From Candidatus Nomurabacteria bacterium RIFCSPLOWO2_01_FULL_42_17 (lineage in GTDB: Bacteria; Patescibacteriota; Minisyncoccia; Phycocordibacterales; UBA9973): a stretch of DNA of 64,000 nucleotides. Every line of letters starts with the position of its first letter. Position 1 is the first letter of the stretch. Positions 37,459 through 46,361 of the stretch are shown one piece after another. The position numbers were made by a program, and so were the translations under genes. The notes beneath the pieces were generated by a model. The model did no database searches. It had not been told where the DNA came from and saw only the letters and a list, made by a program, of their open reading frames with translations. Location: NCBI GenBank assembly GCA_001785985.1, contig MFVE01000002.1, positions 28,600 through 92,599 of the forward strand, in the 5' to 3' direction.

Positions 37459-38308
37459 CAAAGAAGCCAGAGAAGCCACGGCTTTGTATGCATCTCTTTT
37501 TCCAGATTCAAAAATCACAAACACCACGACGATCACCGACACTCCTTCCGGAGATTGCGACATTGTCACCTTCCGTCTTGCTGGCCAAGATTTTATGGCC
37601 ATCAGCGCGGGTCCGTATTTCAAATTAAATCCTTCCATATCTATGTTTGTAGTTTTCGATAATGAAAAAGATATTGAAAAAGTTTGGAATAAATTAATCG
37701 AGGGAGGCAAAGCCTTGATGTCTTATGACACTTATCCTTGGGCGCAGAAATACGGCTGGTTGCAGGATAAGTATGGGCTTTCTTGGCAACTATCCTGGAG
37801 CGAGCATCATCAGATGGAGCAAAAAATCACCCCATTTCTAATGTTCACCAAAGAAATGGCTGGCAAGACCAAGGAAGCGATCGCCTATTATGCAAGCATC
37901 TTCCCAAACTCGAAAACAGAAATGCTTGTGCACTATGGGAAAGGCGAAGGCGATAAAGAAGAATTCATCAAACACTCCCGTTTTACGTTGGGTGGACAGA
38001 ATTTTATGGCAATGGATAGTTCTGGGCCACATGATTTCATTTTTAATGAAGCAATATCATTTGTCGTCAATTGCGATACTCAAAAAGAAATAGATTACTA
38101 CTGGGAAAAATTATCTGCGGTCCCGGAGTCGGAACAATGCGGCTGGTTGAAAGACAAATACGGCGTGTCCTGGCAGATCGTGCCAGCAGTTATGAATACA
38201 ATGATGACAAGCGGCAACAAAGAAAAAATCGCACGAGTAACTCAAGTATTTCTCAAAATGAAAAAATTCAATATTGAAGCTCTCGATCGAGCGTACAAGG
38301 GAGAATAA
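37427..38308 (+). CDS. Two-domain VOC/PhnB-family protein
   Basis: QKITP.(F/L) twice; GWL.DKYG.SWQ twice. Confidence 0.9.
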   Translation: MQKITPHFWFDKEAREATALYASLFPDSKITNTTTITDTPSGDCDIVTFRLAGQDFMAISAGPYFKLNPSISMFVVFDNEKDIEKVWNKLIEGGKALMSYDTYPWAQKYGWLQDKYGLSWQLSWSEHHQMEQKITPFLMFTKEMAGKTKEAIAYYASIFPNSKTEMLVHYGKGEGDKEEFIKHSRFTLGGQNFMAMDSSGPHDFIFNEAISFVVNCDTQKEIDYYWEKLSAVPESEQCGWLKDKYGVSWQIVPAVMNTMMTSGNKEKIARVTQVFLKMKKFNIEALDRAYKGE

Positions 38309-38349
38309 AAGACCTTGAATAATAGGCGCATCTGTGTTAAAATAGCCAA

Positions 38350-40587
38350 GTGAGATACATTTTTACCATTATCGGTAGTGTTGTTTTAACCGTCACCCTG
38401 GTTGCATTTTTTTTTAATCTCCGGCAAGTCAACGAGGAGCGCGCAACACTGACGATCAACTTGGAGCAACGAGCAACCTTGCTCGCCGACAGCTTGAAAG
38501 AATCTGTGGAACCTTCCTATGTAAATTCTTCCGGAGCTTCCCTGCATACCGCTCTCCAAAGAACCGTGGACAAATTCGCCAACCGTGAGAGGTTGGCGGG
38601 CATTGCTCTGTACGACAACAAAGGAGCACTCCTAGCCACTTCCTCGGGTCTGCCAAAAACAATTATTGAAAACACCAAATCCGTTTCCGACGCGATGGAT
38701 AGTAATAAATCAAAGAGCGACTTTGTGGACGCCGACGGAGAGACGCGCTATGTCTTTGTCGACCCCTTGCACAACGATGAGGGAAGCATCCTGGGAGCTT
38801 TGATGATCGTCCAAAATGCCGGATATATAAATAATACTATTGCTGAAATGTGGCGAGGCAGCCTGATACGACTAGTCACGCAAATCATAATCTTCTCCAT
38901 CACCATTTTTATAATCCTGCGATTTTTCGTTTTCCGGCAAGTTGTCCGCTTGGTCGAGTCTATCAAGCAAATCCGCATGGGCAAAAAGACTGAGATTTTC
39001 AAGGACACGGATAAATATTCTTTCTTTGCGCCGCTAGCCAAAGAGATCAACCAGATAACCAAAAGCTTATCCCAGGCACGTTCATCGGCCAGTGAAGAAG
39101 CGCGCATGAGGCTGGAAAAACTTGATACACCTTGGACAGCCGAACGTTTGAAAGAATTCATTAAGGCATATTTAAAAGGTAGAAAGATCTTTGTTGTTTC
39201 TAATCGTGAACCGTATATACACAATAAAATTAAAAATGAAATCAAATATCTTGTACCCGCGCACGGCATGGTCACAGCTGTTGAATCAGTCATGGAAGCA
39301 TGTGGAGGCTTATGGATTGCGCACGGCAGTGGAGACGCTGACAAGGAAACATCTGATAAAAATGGAAAAATTCAAGTTCCACCCGAAGAGCCTAAATATA
39401 CCTTGAAACGTATTTGGTTAACTCCTGAAGAAGTGCAAGGACACTATGTCGGTTTTTCCAACGAAGCTCTCTTCCCTCTTTGTTTGATGTCTCATACCCG
39501 CCCAGTATTTCGAAAAGAAGATTGGATGATATACAAACAAGTCAATGGCAAATTTGCGGAAAGTTTACTAAGAGAGATAAAAAATGTCTCCCAGCCGATT
39601 GTATTAGTGCAAGACCTCCATTTTGCGCTAGTGCCAAGTATAATCAAAAAAAATCGTCCTGATGCACAAGTAGGGCTCTTTTGGCATCATCCATGGCCTT
39701 CACCTGAACAATTTAGCATTTGTCCTTGGCGACATGAAATTATTAAAGGAATGTTGGGAGCAGACGTTATCGGTTTTCATATTCAACAACATTGCAACAA
39801 TTTTCTCGAAACAGTCGGACAAGAGTTGGAATCAATAATAGATTTCGAACGCTTTTCTGTAACTCACAATGGCCACACTACCATCATTCGTCCTTTTCCT
39901 ATATCAGTTGCACTAACAAATGATGTTTCTCCTAAAGAAGATAATAAAAATATTAAAACATTCAAATCATTCGGCATAAAAACAGAATTTCTAGGACTCG
40001 GTGTTGATCGACTTGATTACACGAAAGGTATCCTCGAGAGATTTAGGGGTATTGAATATTTTCTTGATACCTACCCAGAGTACATAGGAAGATTTTCTTT
40101 TTTACAGATTGCGGCACCGAGCCGAGAAGGCGCCCAAAAGTATAAAGAATACGCAGAAAGCGTTAAACTAGAGGTTGACCGTATAAATAAAAAGTTTGAG
40201 TTTGGAGATTGGAAACCAATTATATTTGAAAAAAAACACCACTCCCACGCAGAGCTTACACCTCTGTACCGTGAGACACATTTTTGCCTCATCACTTCAC
40301 TACATGACGGCATGAATTTAGTTTCAAAAGAGTTCATTGCGGCACGAAACGATGAACAAGGAGTACTAATACTGAGTGAACTTACAGGAGCGGCAAGAAG
40401 TTTAAAAGAGGCCATATTATTTAATCCCTATAATATTGCTGAAATTGGCGAAGCTATCAAGCGCGCTATCCAGATGCCTCCTTCTGAACAGCATGTGAGA
40501 ATGAAAACTTTACGCGGAAGGGTAAAAGACTACAATGTATACCGTTGGGCGGCAGAATTTATAAAAGAAGTTACTAATCTCGGCTAG
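38350..40587 (+). CDS. otsA: Trehalose-6-phosphate synthase (GT20) with an N-terminal TM-extracytoplasmic-TM extension
   Basis: VVSNREP, FWHHPWP, GVDRLDYTKG, DGMNLVSKEF, LSELTGAA. Confidence 0.92.
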   Translation: MRYIFTIIGSVVLTVTLVAFFFNLRQVNEERATLTINLEQRATLLADSLKESVEPSYVNSSGASLHTALQRTVDKFANRERLAGIALYDNKGALLATSSGLPKTIIENTKSVSDAMDSNKSKSDFVDADGETRYVFVDPLHNDEGSILGALMIVQNAGYINNTIAEMWRGSLIRLVTQIIIFSITIFIILRFFVFRQVVRLVESIKQIRMGKKTEIFKDTDKYSFFAPLAKEINQITKSLSQARSSASEEARMRLEKLDTPWTAERLKEFIKAYLKGRKIFVVSNREPYIHNKIKNEIKYLVPAHGMVTAVESVMEACGGLWIAHGSGDADKETSDKNGKIQVPPEEPKYTLKRIWLTPEEVQGHYVGFSNEALFPLCLMSHTRPVFRKEDWMIYKQVNGKFAESLLREIKNVSQPIVLVQDLHFALVPSIIKKNRPDAQVGLFWHHPWPSPEQFSICPWRHEIIKGMLGADVIGFHIQQHCNNFLETVGQELESIIDFERFSVTHNGHTTIIRPFPISVALTNDVSPKEDNKNIKTFKSFGIKTEFLGLGVDRLDYTKGILERFRGIEYFLDTYPEYIGRFSFLQIAAPSREGAQKYKEYAESVKLEVDRINKKFEFGDWKPIIFEKKHHSHAELTPLYRETHFCLITSLHDGMNLVSKEFIAARNDEQGVLILSELTGAARSLKEAILFNPYNIAEIGEAIKRAIQMPPSEQHVRMKTLRGRVKDYNVYRWAAEFIKEVTNLG

Positions 40588-40596
40588 AAATCAAAA

Positions 40597-41415
40597 ATGA
40601 AAATCGAGCATAGAATGGAGCAACCAATGAGAAATCTTTTTGAAAATATTACTGAAATAAAAAGTCAGATCGAGCAAGCTGGAGGGGCTACCCTGCTTCT
40701 AGACTTCGACGGCGTACTCTCGGCTATTGCGCCCACTCCAGATGAAGCATTCATTTCGGAAGAAAATAAAGCACTTCTAAAAGCGTGTGCCGAGCGTTTT
40801 CCAGTCGCTGTGATTACCGGTCGGGAACTTTCTGAGATAAAGAAAAAAATGAAAGTCGAAAATCTTTTATATATCGCTAGCCACGGCCTCGAATGGGAAG
40901 AAGATGGCAAGGACCATGCCAAAACCGTTCCGAAAGAAACAATGGAAGCTATTAATTTAGCAAAAGAAAAGATCAAACCCCTGCTCCCTCGCTATCCAGG
41001 AATGATTTTCGAGGATAAATCTTTCATGTTTGCGGCTCACTACCGGATAATGGACCCAGCGCTGATTGATGCTTTCGTAAAAGAAGTAAATTCTATTTTA
41101 GAACCAATTGTCAAACAATACAATCTCCGCCTGGATCATAATCTAATGACTTTTGAATTACGACCAGAAATTGATTGGGACAAGGGGGATAGCGTCAAAT
41201 TTGCCGAGGAGCATTTAAGTAAAAAAACTGGGAAAAAATTCATGCCTATATACATTGGAGATGGCCTGACTGACGAAGACGCTTTTGCGGTATTAAAAGA
41301 AAAAGGCATCTCCATTCGCGTAGGTGAAGATAGGAAAAGCGTCGCAAAGTGGTACATGAAAGATCAAAAAGAAGTGGCACTTTTCTTGAAGTGGTTATTG
41401 TCTTTAAAGCAATAG
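40597..41415 (+). CDS. otsB: Trehalose-6-phosphate phosphatase
   Basis: LDFDGVL, TGR, ELRP..WDKG, GDGLTDEDAF. Confidence 0.93.
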   Translation: MKIEHRMEQPMRNLFENITEIKSQIEQAGGATLLLDFDGVLSAIAPTPDEAFISEENKALLKACAERFPVAVITGRELSEIKKKMKVENLLYIASHGLEWEEDGKDHAKTVPKETMEAINLAKEKIKPLLPRYPGMIFEDKSFMFAAHYRIMDPALIDAFVKEVNSILEPIVKQYNLRLDHNLMTFELRPEIDWDKGDSVKFAEEHLSKKTGKKFMPIYIGDGLTDEDAFAVLKEKGISIRVGEDRKSVAKWYMKDQKEVALFLKWLLSLKQ

Positions 41416-41416
41416 C

Positions 41417-43072
41417 TTATTTCTTTGCGTTTAAGGTACAAGCTTTGATGAAAGCAGTGAAAAGCGGATGCGGGCGGAGTGGATGGGCAAGAAATTCCGG
41501 ATGAAACTGGGTACCGAGGAAAAAAGGATGCTTATCTTTTGGAAGCTCTGCAATTTCCATCAGTCTTCTGTCTGGCGAGACGCCAGAAAAAACGAGACCG
41601 CCTTCGGTAAACTTTATATGGTATTGCGGATTCACTTCATAACGGTGCCTGTGACGCTCGATGACCTCCTGCACGCCATAAGCCTCTTGTGCGATAGAAC
41701 CTTTCCTTAAATGCGCTGGGTATACGCCGAGACGCATCGTCGCGCCGTAATTTTTGTTGGCAATCTTTTCTTTTTGTTCAGGCATGATGTCGATCACCAG
41801 ATTCTTGGCATTCGGATTGACTTCCGAAGTATTCGCATCTTTCATGCCTAAAACATTGCGCGCATATTCTATGACCATCATTTGCATACCGTAACAAAGC
41901 CCGAAATAAGGGATTTTATTCTCGCGCGCAAATCTAATGACTTTTAGATTGCCTTCCAGGCCGCGAGAACCGAAACCGCCCGGCACCACGATGCCATCAT
42001 ATTTTTTAAGTTCTTTTAGTTTGGCCCCTCCATTTTCATAGTCCACAGAATTCAACCACGAAATAATCGGCTTTTTATTTTGAGCATAACTCGAATATTT
42101 GATCGCCTCAATCACCGAGAGATAAGAATCAGACAACATGAAATCCCCTGTCTCAAAATACTTGCCAACCACGGCGATCTTGATCGTATCTTTGTTATTG
42201 TGAGCTTGTTTGGCAAAATTTTTCCATTTATTCCAAGACGCAGCATCTGGTTTTTTACAAACCATTCCCATAATCTCGCAAAGTTTGTCGGAAAGTTTTT
42301 CTGCTTCAAAATTCAGCGGTATATCATATATGCTATCCACATCCGGCGCGGAAATGATCCGGTCATGAAACATATTGCACAAAACAGAAAGCTTTTCTTT
42401 TCTTTTTTCATCCATTTTCGTCTCACCCCTCGCGAGAAGTATGTCCGGCTGGATACCCGAAGCATTCAGGGTGCGGATAGCATGCTGGGTCGGCTTGGTT
42501 TTCATCTCGCCCAGCTTGCCCGGCGTCGGCAGATAAGAAACCATCACAAAACTCACGTCTTTGGGAGCTTCGAGTTTCATCATTCTGGCCGCTTCGAGGA
42601 ATAAAATATTTTCATATTCCCCGACCGTGCCGCCGATTTCAATGATCACCACATCTGCTTTCGCGATGACTCCCGCTTTTTTAATTCTGCCTATGACCTC
42701 GAGCGGAATATCCGGCACGACTTGCACATTTTTGCCCTTGTATTCTAGATTGCGTTCTTTAGCGATGACAGTCTGATATACTCGCCCAGTCGTCATATAA
42801 TTTGCCCTGGTTAAATTTAAACCCATGAATCTCTCGTAATTTCCCATGTCTTGATCCGTCTCGTCTCCGTCAGAAAGCACAAAAACCTCTCCATGCTCCG
42901 TCGGATTCATCGTGCCAGCATCGATATTTATATAAGCGTCGATTTTTACCGCAGTCACATTCAGCCCGCGATTTTTTAGAATAAATCCAATCGAAGATGT
43001 AGTAATACCCTTCCCCACTCCGGAAATAACTCCCCCCACTACAAAAATATATTTTGTTTGTTTTTTCTCCAT
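41417..43072 (-). CDS. pyrG: CTP synthase
   Basis: GGVISGVGKG, KTKPTQ, CYGMQ, RHRHRYE, QFHPE. Confidence 0.98.
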   Translation of the reverse strand: MEKKQTKYIFVVGGVISGVGKGITTSSIGFILKNRGLNVTAVKIDAYINIDAGTMNPTEHGEVFVLSDGDETDQDMGNYERFMGLNLTRANYMTTGRVYQTVIAKERNLEYKGKNVQVVPDIPLEVIGRIKKAGVIAKADVVIIEIGGTVGEYENILFLEAARMMKLEAPKDVSFVMVSYLPTPGKLGEMKTKPTQHAIRTLNASGIQPDILLARGETKMDEKRKEKLSVLCNMFHDRIISAPDVDSIYDIPLNFEAEKLSDKLCEIMGMVCKKPDAASWNKWKNFAKQAHNNKDTIKIAVVGKYFETGDFMLSDSYLSVIEAIKYSSYAQNKKPIISWLNSVDYENGGAKLKELKKYDGIVVPGGFGSRGLEGNLKVIRFARENKIPYFGLCYGMQMMVIEYARNVLGMKDANTSEVNPNAKNLVIDIMPEQKEKIANKNYGATMRLGVYPAHLRKGSIAQEAYGVQEVIERHRHRYEVNPQYHIKFTEGGLVFSGVSPDRRLMEIAELPKDKHPFFLGTQFHPEFLAHPLRPHPLFTAFIKACTLNAKK

Positions 43073-43105
43073 ACTTTATGACTTTATGAACTTTCCACTT
43101 TATAA

Positions 43106-44023
43106 CTACTTATTTAAATATCTCCTCACCGCCAAGAAACTGGAAATCACCCCAAAGAGTATACCTGATAATAAAATTATTGCAAAAATTTGGAAGAAAT
43201 TTGAAAGATAATAATTGTACAAATTGAGACCCAGGAAAGCGGTCATATTACGCCCCAGCCAAGCCGTAACCGGCAGAAATAGCGCCAAGGTTACAAAGGT
43301 AGCGACAATACCATAAAGCGCGCCCTCGATCATAAAGGGCCCTCGCACATGCATTTTAGAAGCGCCTACCAGACGCATCACCCCGATCTCTTCCCTAGAG
43401 ATATAGATCGTCAGTCGAATAGTATTGAAGGTGATAATAATAGAAGAAATTATCAAATAGAGCGTCAGCAGAAATCCAAGTTTTTGCGCGCCAGATATTA
43501 TTGTTTTCAATCTTTCAATCACTAATTTATTGTCGTGATAATTTGAATGATTTATGATATCCGATGAACCCAAGACGAGCGCATTATCGGACTTTAAAAA
43601 ATTCGCAATGTTTTCATATTGAGAAATTTCTTTGGTTTTGATGTTCAAAGTGGCGCCGAGCGGATTTTCTCCTATTTCATCCAAGGCGGCAATCGTCGAA
43701 TAATCGCTCGCATGGCGTTCTCGGAAAAGTCTGATCGCTTCGTCCGCGCTAGTATAAGAAATATTCTCTACTTCTGGCAATTTCAAGAGGGATTCTTTTA
43801 AAGACAGGATCTGAACTTCAGGCGCACCGACATTAAAATAAATTGTAACATCCACCTTGTCTTTTATGACGCTGAGCGCAGAATAGAGCACTGCCTGCAA
43901 AAGAATGATGGTGACGATCACAGCTAGAGTATTCAAAACTTGCAAGACAGCCGCGAAAGAAACCAAACCGCCCCGTCTGAAGTTTATAAAACCTGCTTTG
44001 ATAATTCTTTTTAATTCAGTCAT
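43106..44023 (-). CDS. ftsX: Cell division permease FtsX
   Basis: NTIRLTI..REEI.VMRLVGA...GPF; follows ftsE. Confidence 0.93.
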   Translation of the reverse strand: MTELKRIIKAGFINFRRGGLVSFAAVLQVLNTLAVIVTIILLQAVLYSALSVIKDKVDVTIYFNVGAPEVQILSLKESLLKLPEVENISYTSADEAIRLFRERHASDYSTIAALDEIGENPLGATLNIKTKEISQYENIANFLKSDNALVLGSSDIINHSNYHDNKLVIERLKTIISGAQKLGFLLTLYLIISSIIITFNTIRLTIYISREEIGVMRLVGASKMHVRGPFMIEGALYGIVATFVTLALFLPVTAWLGRNMTAFLGLNLYNYYLSNFFQIFAIILLSGILFGVISSFLAVRRYLNK

Positions 44024-44026
44024 GGC

Positions 44027-44152
44027 TATAAGTTTATAAAGTTATAAAGTTGAAAGTTATAAAGTCAAATTATAATTCATTTGCTCCAGTAATTATAGCA
44101 TATAGTCACGCATTTTACTTTACGAACTTTATGAACTTGATAACTTTCCACT
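44027..44152. repeat. Two facing AAAGTT-type short tandem repeat tracts
   Basis: AAAGTTATAAAGTTGAAAGTT... versus ACTTTACGAACTTTATGAACTT; same family at 30021, 35132, 43073, 61501. Confidence 0.75.
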
Positions 44153-44819
44153 ATTTATGGTGCTTTGTGTCCCTGATAACTTTTCCATTTTCCATTGTAA
44201 TAACTCTTTTGCCGATCGCATCAATGATGCCCCTGTTATGCGTAGCCAGAATCACGGTAGTTCCGAGGTCATTTATTTTTTTCAGGATTTGCACTATCTC
44301 GTGGGTATTTATGCTATCTAGATTGCCAGTCGGCTCGTCGGCAATGATGAGTTCGGGCTGATTGATGATAGCTCGCGCGATCGCCAGCCTTTGTTGTTCG
44401 CCGCCAGAGAGCTGGCTCGGAAAATGGTGCGAACGGTGGCTCAAATCCACCAGCTCCAGCACATGTGGAACATCTGAAGCTATCTCTAGATCCGTCTTGC
44501 CCAGCGCTTCCATCGCAAAAGATATATTTTCATAAGCAGTTTTATTTGAAAGCAATTTAAAGTCTTGGAAGACTACTCCGATGCGCCTGCGCAACTTGGT
44601 CAGATCTTTATTTTTAAGCGTATGCACATTGATAGATTCAAAAAAGACGGTGCCGTCGGAGGGATTTTCATCTGCCACGATCATTTTGGTCAAAGTCGTC
44701 TTGCCCGCGCCGGAATGCCCGACAATCGAGACAAATTCTCCCGCTGTGATAGTGACGCTGACGTTATCTAACGCCACCGCATCCTTATAAATTTTAGAAA
44801 CATTGTTGAAGTAGATCAC
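44151..44819 (-). CDS. ftsE: Cell division ATP-binding protein FtsE
   Basis: GHSGAGKTT, VFQDFKL, LSGGEQQR, ADEPTGNLD. Confidence 0.95.
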   Translation of the reverse strand: MIYFNNVSKIYKDAVALDNVSVTITAGEFVSIVGHSGAGKTTLTKMIVADENPSDGTVFFESINVHTLKNKDLTKLRRRIGVVFQDFKLLSNKTAYENISFAMEALGKTDLEIASDVPHVLELVDLSHRSHHFPSQLSGGEQQRLAIARAIINQPELIIADEPTGNLDSINTHEIVQILKKINDLGTTVILATHNRGIIDAIGKRVITMENGKVIRDTKHHK

Positions 44820-44846
44820 CTACCTATTTTAGCACGAAAATTATTT

Positions 44847-45185
44847 TTATCGAAACAAAGTGGAAATTTTAGCCAAAATCTCTTGCACTTCTAATTCACT
44901 AACTTTACCTGCTAACCTTTTCACTCTTTCTATAGTATCAAAGGATCGCACATGGTCACATAAAACAAAAGACTTTCCATCCGGTCCGTCTACAGGAACT
45001 TCAAATGGATGGTTTTTAGACTTAGTTGTCATAGGACAAACAAGAACTATATTAGAGAAAGAATTATACTGGAGTGGAGAAATTATAACAGCTGGGCGTA
45101 AACCTGACTGTTCATGTCCTTTTGTAGGGCTGAAGTCAATCCATGCTATATCGCCCCTCTCTAAAATCATGCGGCTTTTTACCAT
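44847..45185 (-). CDS. mazF: MazF/PemK toxin
   Basis: FSPTKGHEQSGLRPAVIIS, CPMTT. Confidence 0.92.
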   Translation of the reverse strand: MVKSRMILERGDIAWIDFSPTKGHEQSGLRPAVIISPLQYNSFSNIVLVCPMTTKSKNHPFEVPVDGPDGKSFVLCDHVRSFDTIERVKRLAGKVSELEVQEILAKISTLFR

Positions 45186-45433
45186 ACTTCTTTTCCTCTC
45201 GGTTCATCATCTGGCCATATAAGTTTATGACGATTTTTAGGAGTAATGCCAGCAACAAGCTCCTCCAATGTATACTTTGGAACTTTTACTTTAATCTTAG
45301 GTCGAACTATAAAACCATCATTGCTCGTAGTAAAAGAAATTTGTGAACCCGCTTTCAAGTTGAAGCTGTCCGCTAATTCCTTAGGCAATCGCATTGCCAA
45401 ACTATTTCCCCACTTTTGTATTTTAGTTGTCAT
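45179..45433 (-). CDS. mazE: MazE/AbrB antitoxin
   Basis: IQKWGNSLAMRLP, YTLEELV, GKEVW. Confidence 0.92.
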   Translation of the reverse strand: MTTKIQKWGNSLAMRLPKELADSFNLKAGSQISFTTSNDGFIVRPKIKVKVPKYTLEELVAGITPKNRHKLIWPDDEPRGKEVW

Positions 45434-45446
45434 ACTTTAAGTATAT

Positions 45447-45464
45447 ACAATGTATCTACATTGT
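45447..45464. promoter_or_regulatory. mazEF operator within the promoter
   Basis: ACAATGTA-TC-TACATTGT spanning the region between TTGACA and TATACT on the minus strand. Confidence 0.7.
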
Positions 45465-45476
45465 CAAGCGATTTAA

Positions 45477-46358
45477 CTACAAATTCTTCTCTGCCTCGAT
45501 AAACACGTCTAGCTCACCATCCAAGACAGCGTCCACATTTGAAGTTTCAGCGTCCGTCCGATGGTCTTTGACCATTTTATATGGATGAAGTACATAGGAA
45601 CGAATTTGATTCCCCCATTCTATTTCGGTATTTTTCAACTTCATACTCTCATCTACAGATTTTTTTTCTTCCTGCGCTTTTTTGAATATTTTTGCGCGCA
45701 AAATGGCCATAGCCTGTTGTCGATTTTGCTCTTGTGAGCGTTCCTTTGAAGCATGAACCGCAATACCGGAAGGAATATGAACAATGCGAACGGCTGTTTC
45801 TCTTTTATTTACATTCTGTCCCCCCGGTCCCCCGGCGCGAGAAAATTCTATTTTTAAATCGGTTTCCGGAATCATTATATCTTTCTCTTCCAGCTTGCTG
45901 AATTTCGGCAACACCTCAACTAATGCAAAGCTGGTATGGCGCTTTTGATTTGCGTTAAAGGGAGAAACGCGCACGAGACGGTGCACTCCGGATTCATTTT
46001 TTAAATTTCCGTATGCATTTTTGCCGGAAATTTCTAGAGTGATATTTCGATAACCTCCATGATCATTTTGATGCTCGTGAATAAAAGAAATTCCCCAGCC
46101 TTTTTTATCCGCGTATTTCAGATACATCGATAAAAGCATTCCGGAAAAATCTTCGGCATCGTCTCCGCCAGCACCGGAAATGATAGCCATAATCGCATTT
46201 CCCTTGTCATATTTTCCAAAACCTTCCAGTTTTCCTTTTAATTCTGATAGTTCTTTCAGGGTCGCCTGTGCTTTATTTTTATCACTCCAAAAATCTGGAC
46301 TCTGCATGAACGCTTCAAGTCTCTTGATCTCTTCATTTATTTGCTTGGTGTCTTCCAT
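45477..46358 (-). CDS. prfB: Peptide chain release factor 2 (short form)
   Basis: GVHRLVRVSPF, GGPGGQNVN, WGNQIRSY; prfB-ftsE-ftsX order. Confidence 0.93.
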   Translation of the reverse strand: MEDTKQINEEIKRLEAFMQSPDFWSDKNKAQATLKELSELKGKLEGFGKYDKGNAIMAIISGAGGDDAEDFSGMLLSMYLKYADKKGWGISFIHEHQNDHGGYRNITLEISGKNAYGNLKNESGVHRLVRVSPFNANQKRHTSFALVEVLPKFSKLEEKDIMIPETDLKIEFSRAGGPGGQNVNKRETAVRIVHIPSGIAVHASKERSQEQNRQQAMAILRAKIFKKAQEEKKSVDESMKLKNTEIEWGNQIRSYVLHPYKMVKDHRTDAETSNVDAVLDGELDVFIEAEKNL

Positions 46359-46361
46359 GAT

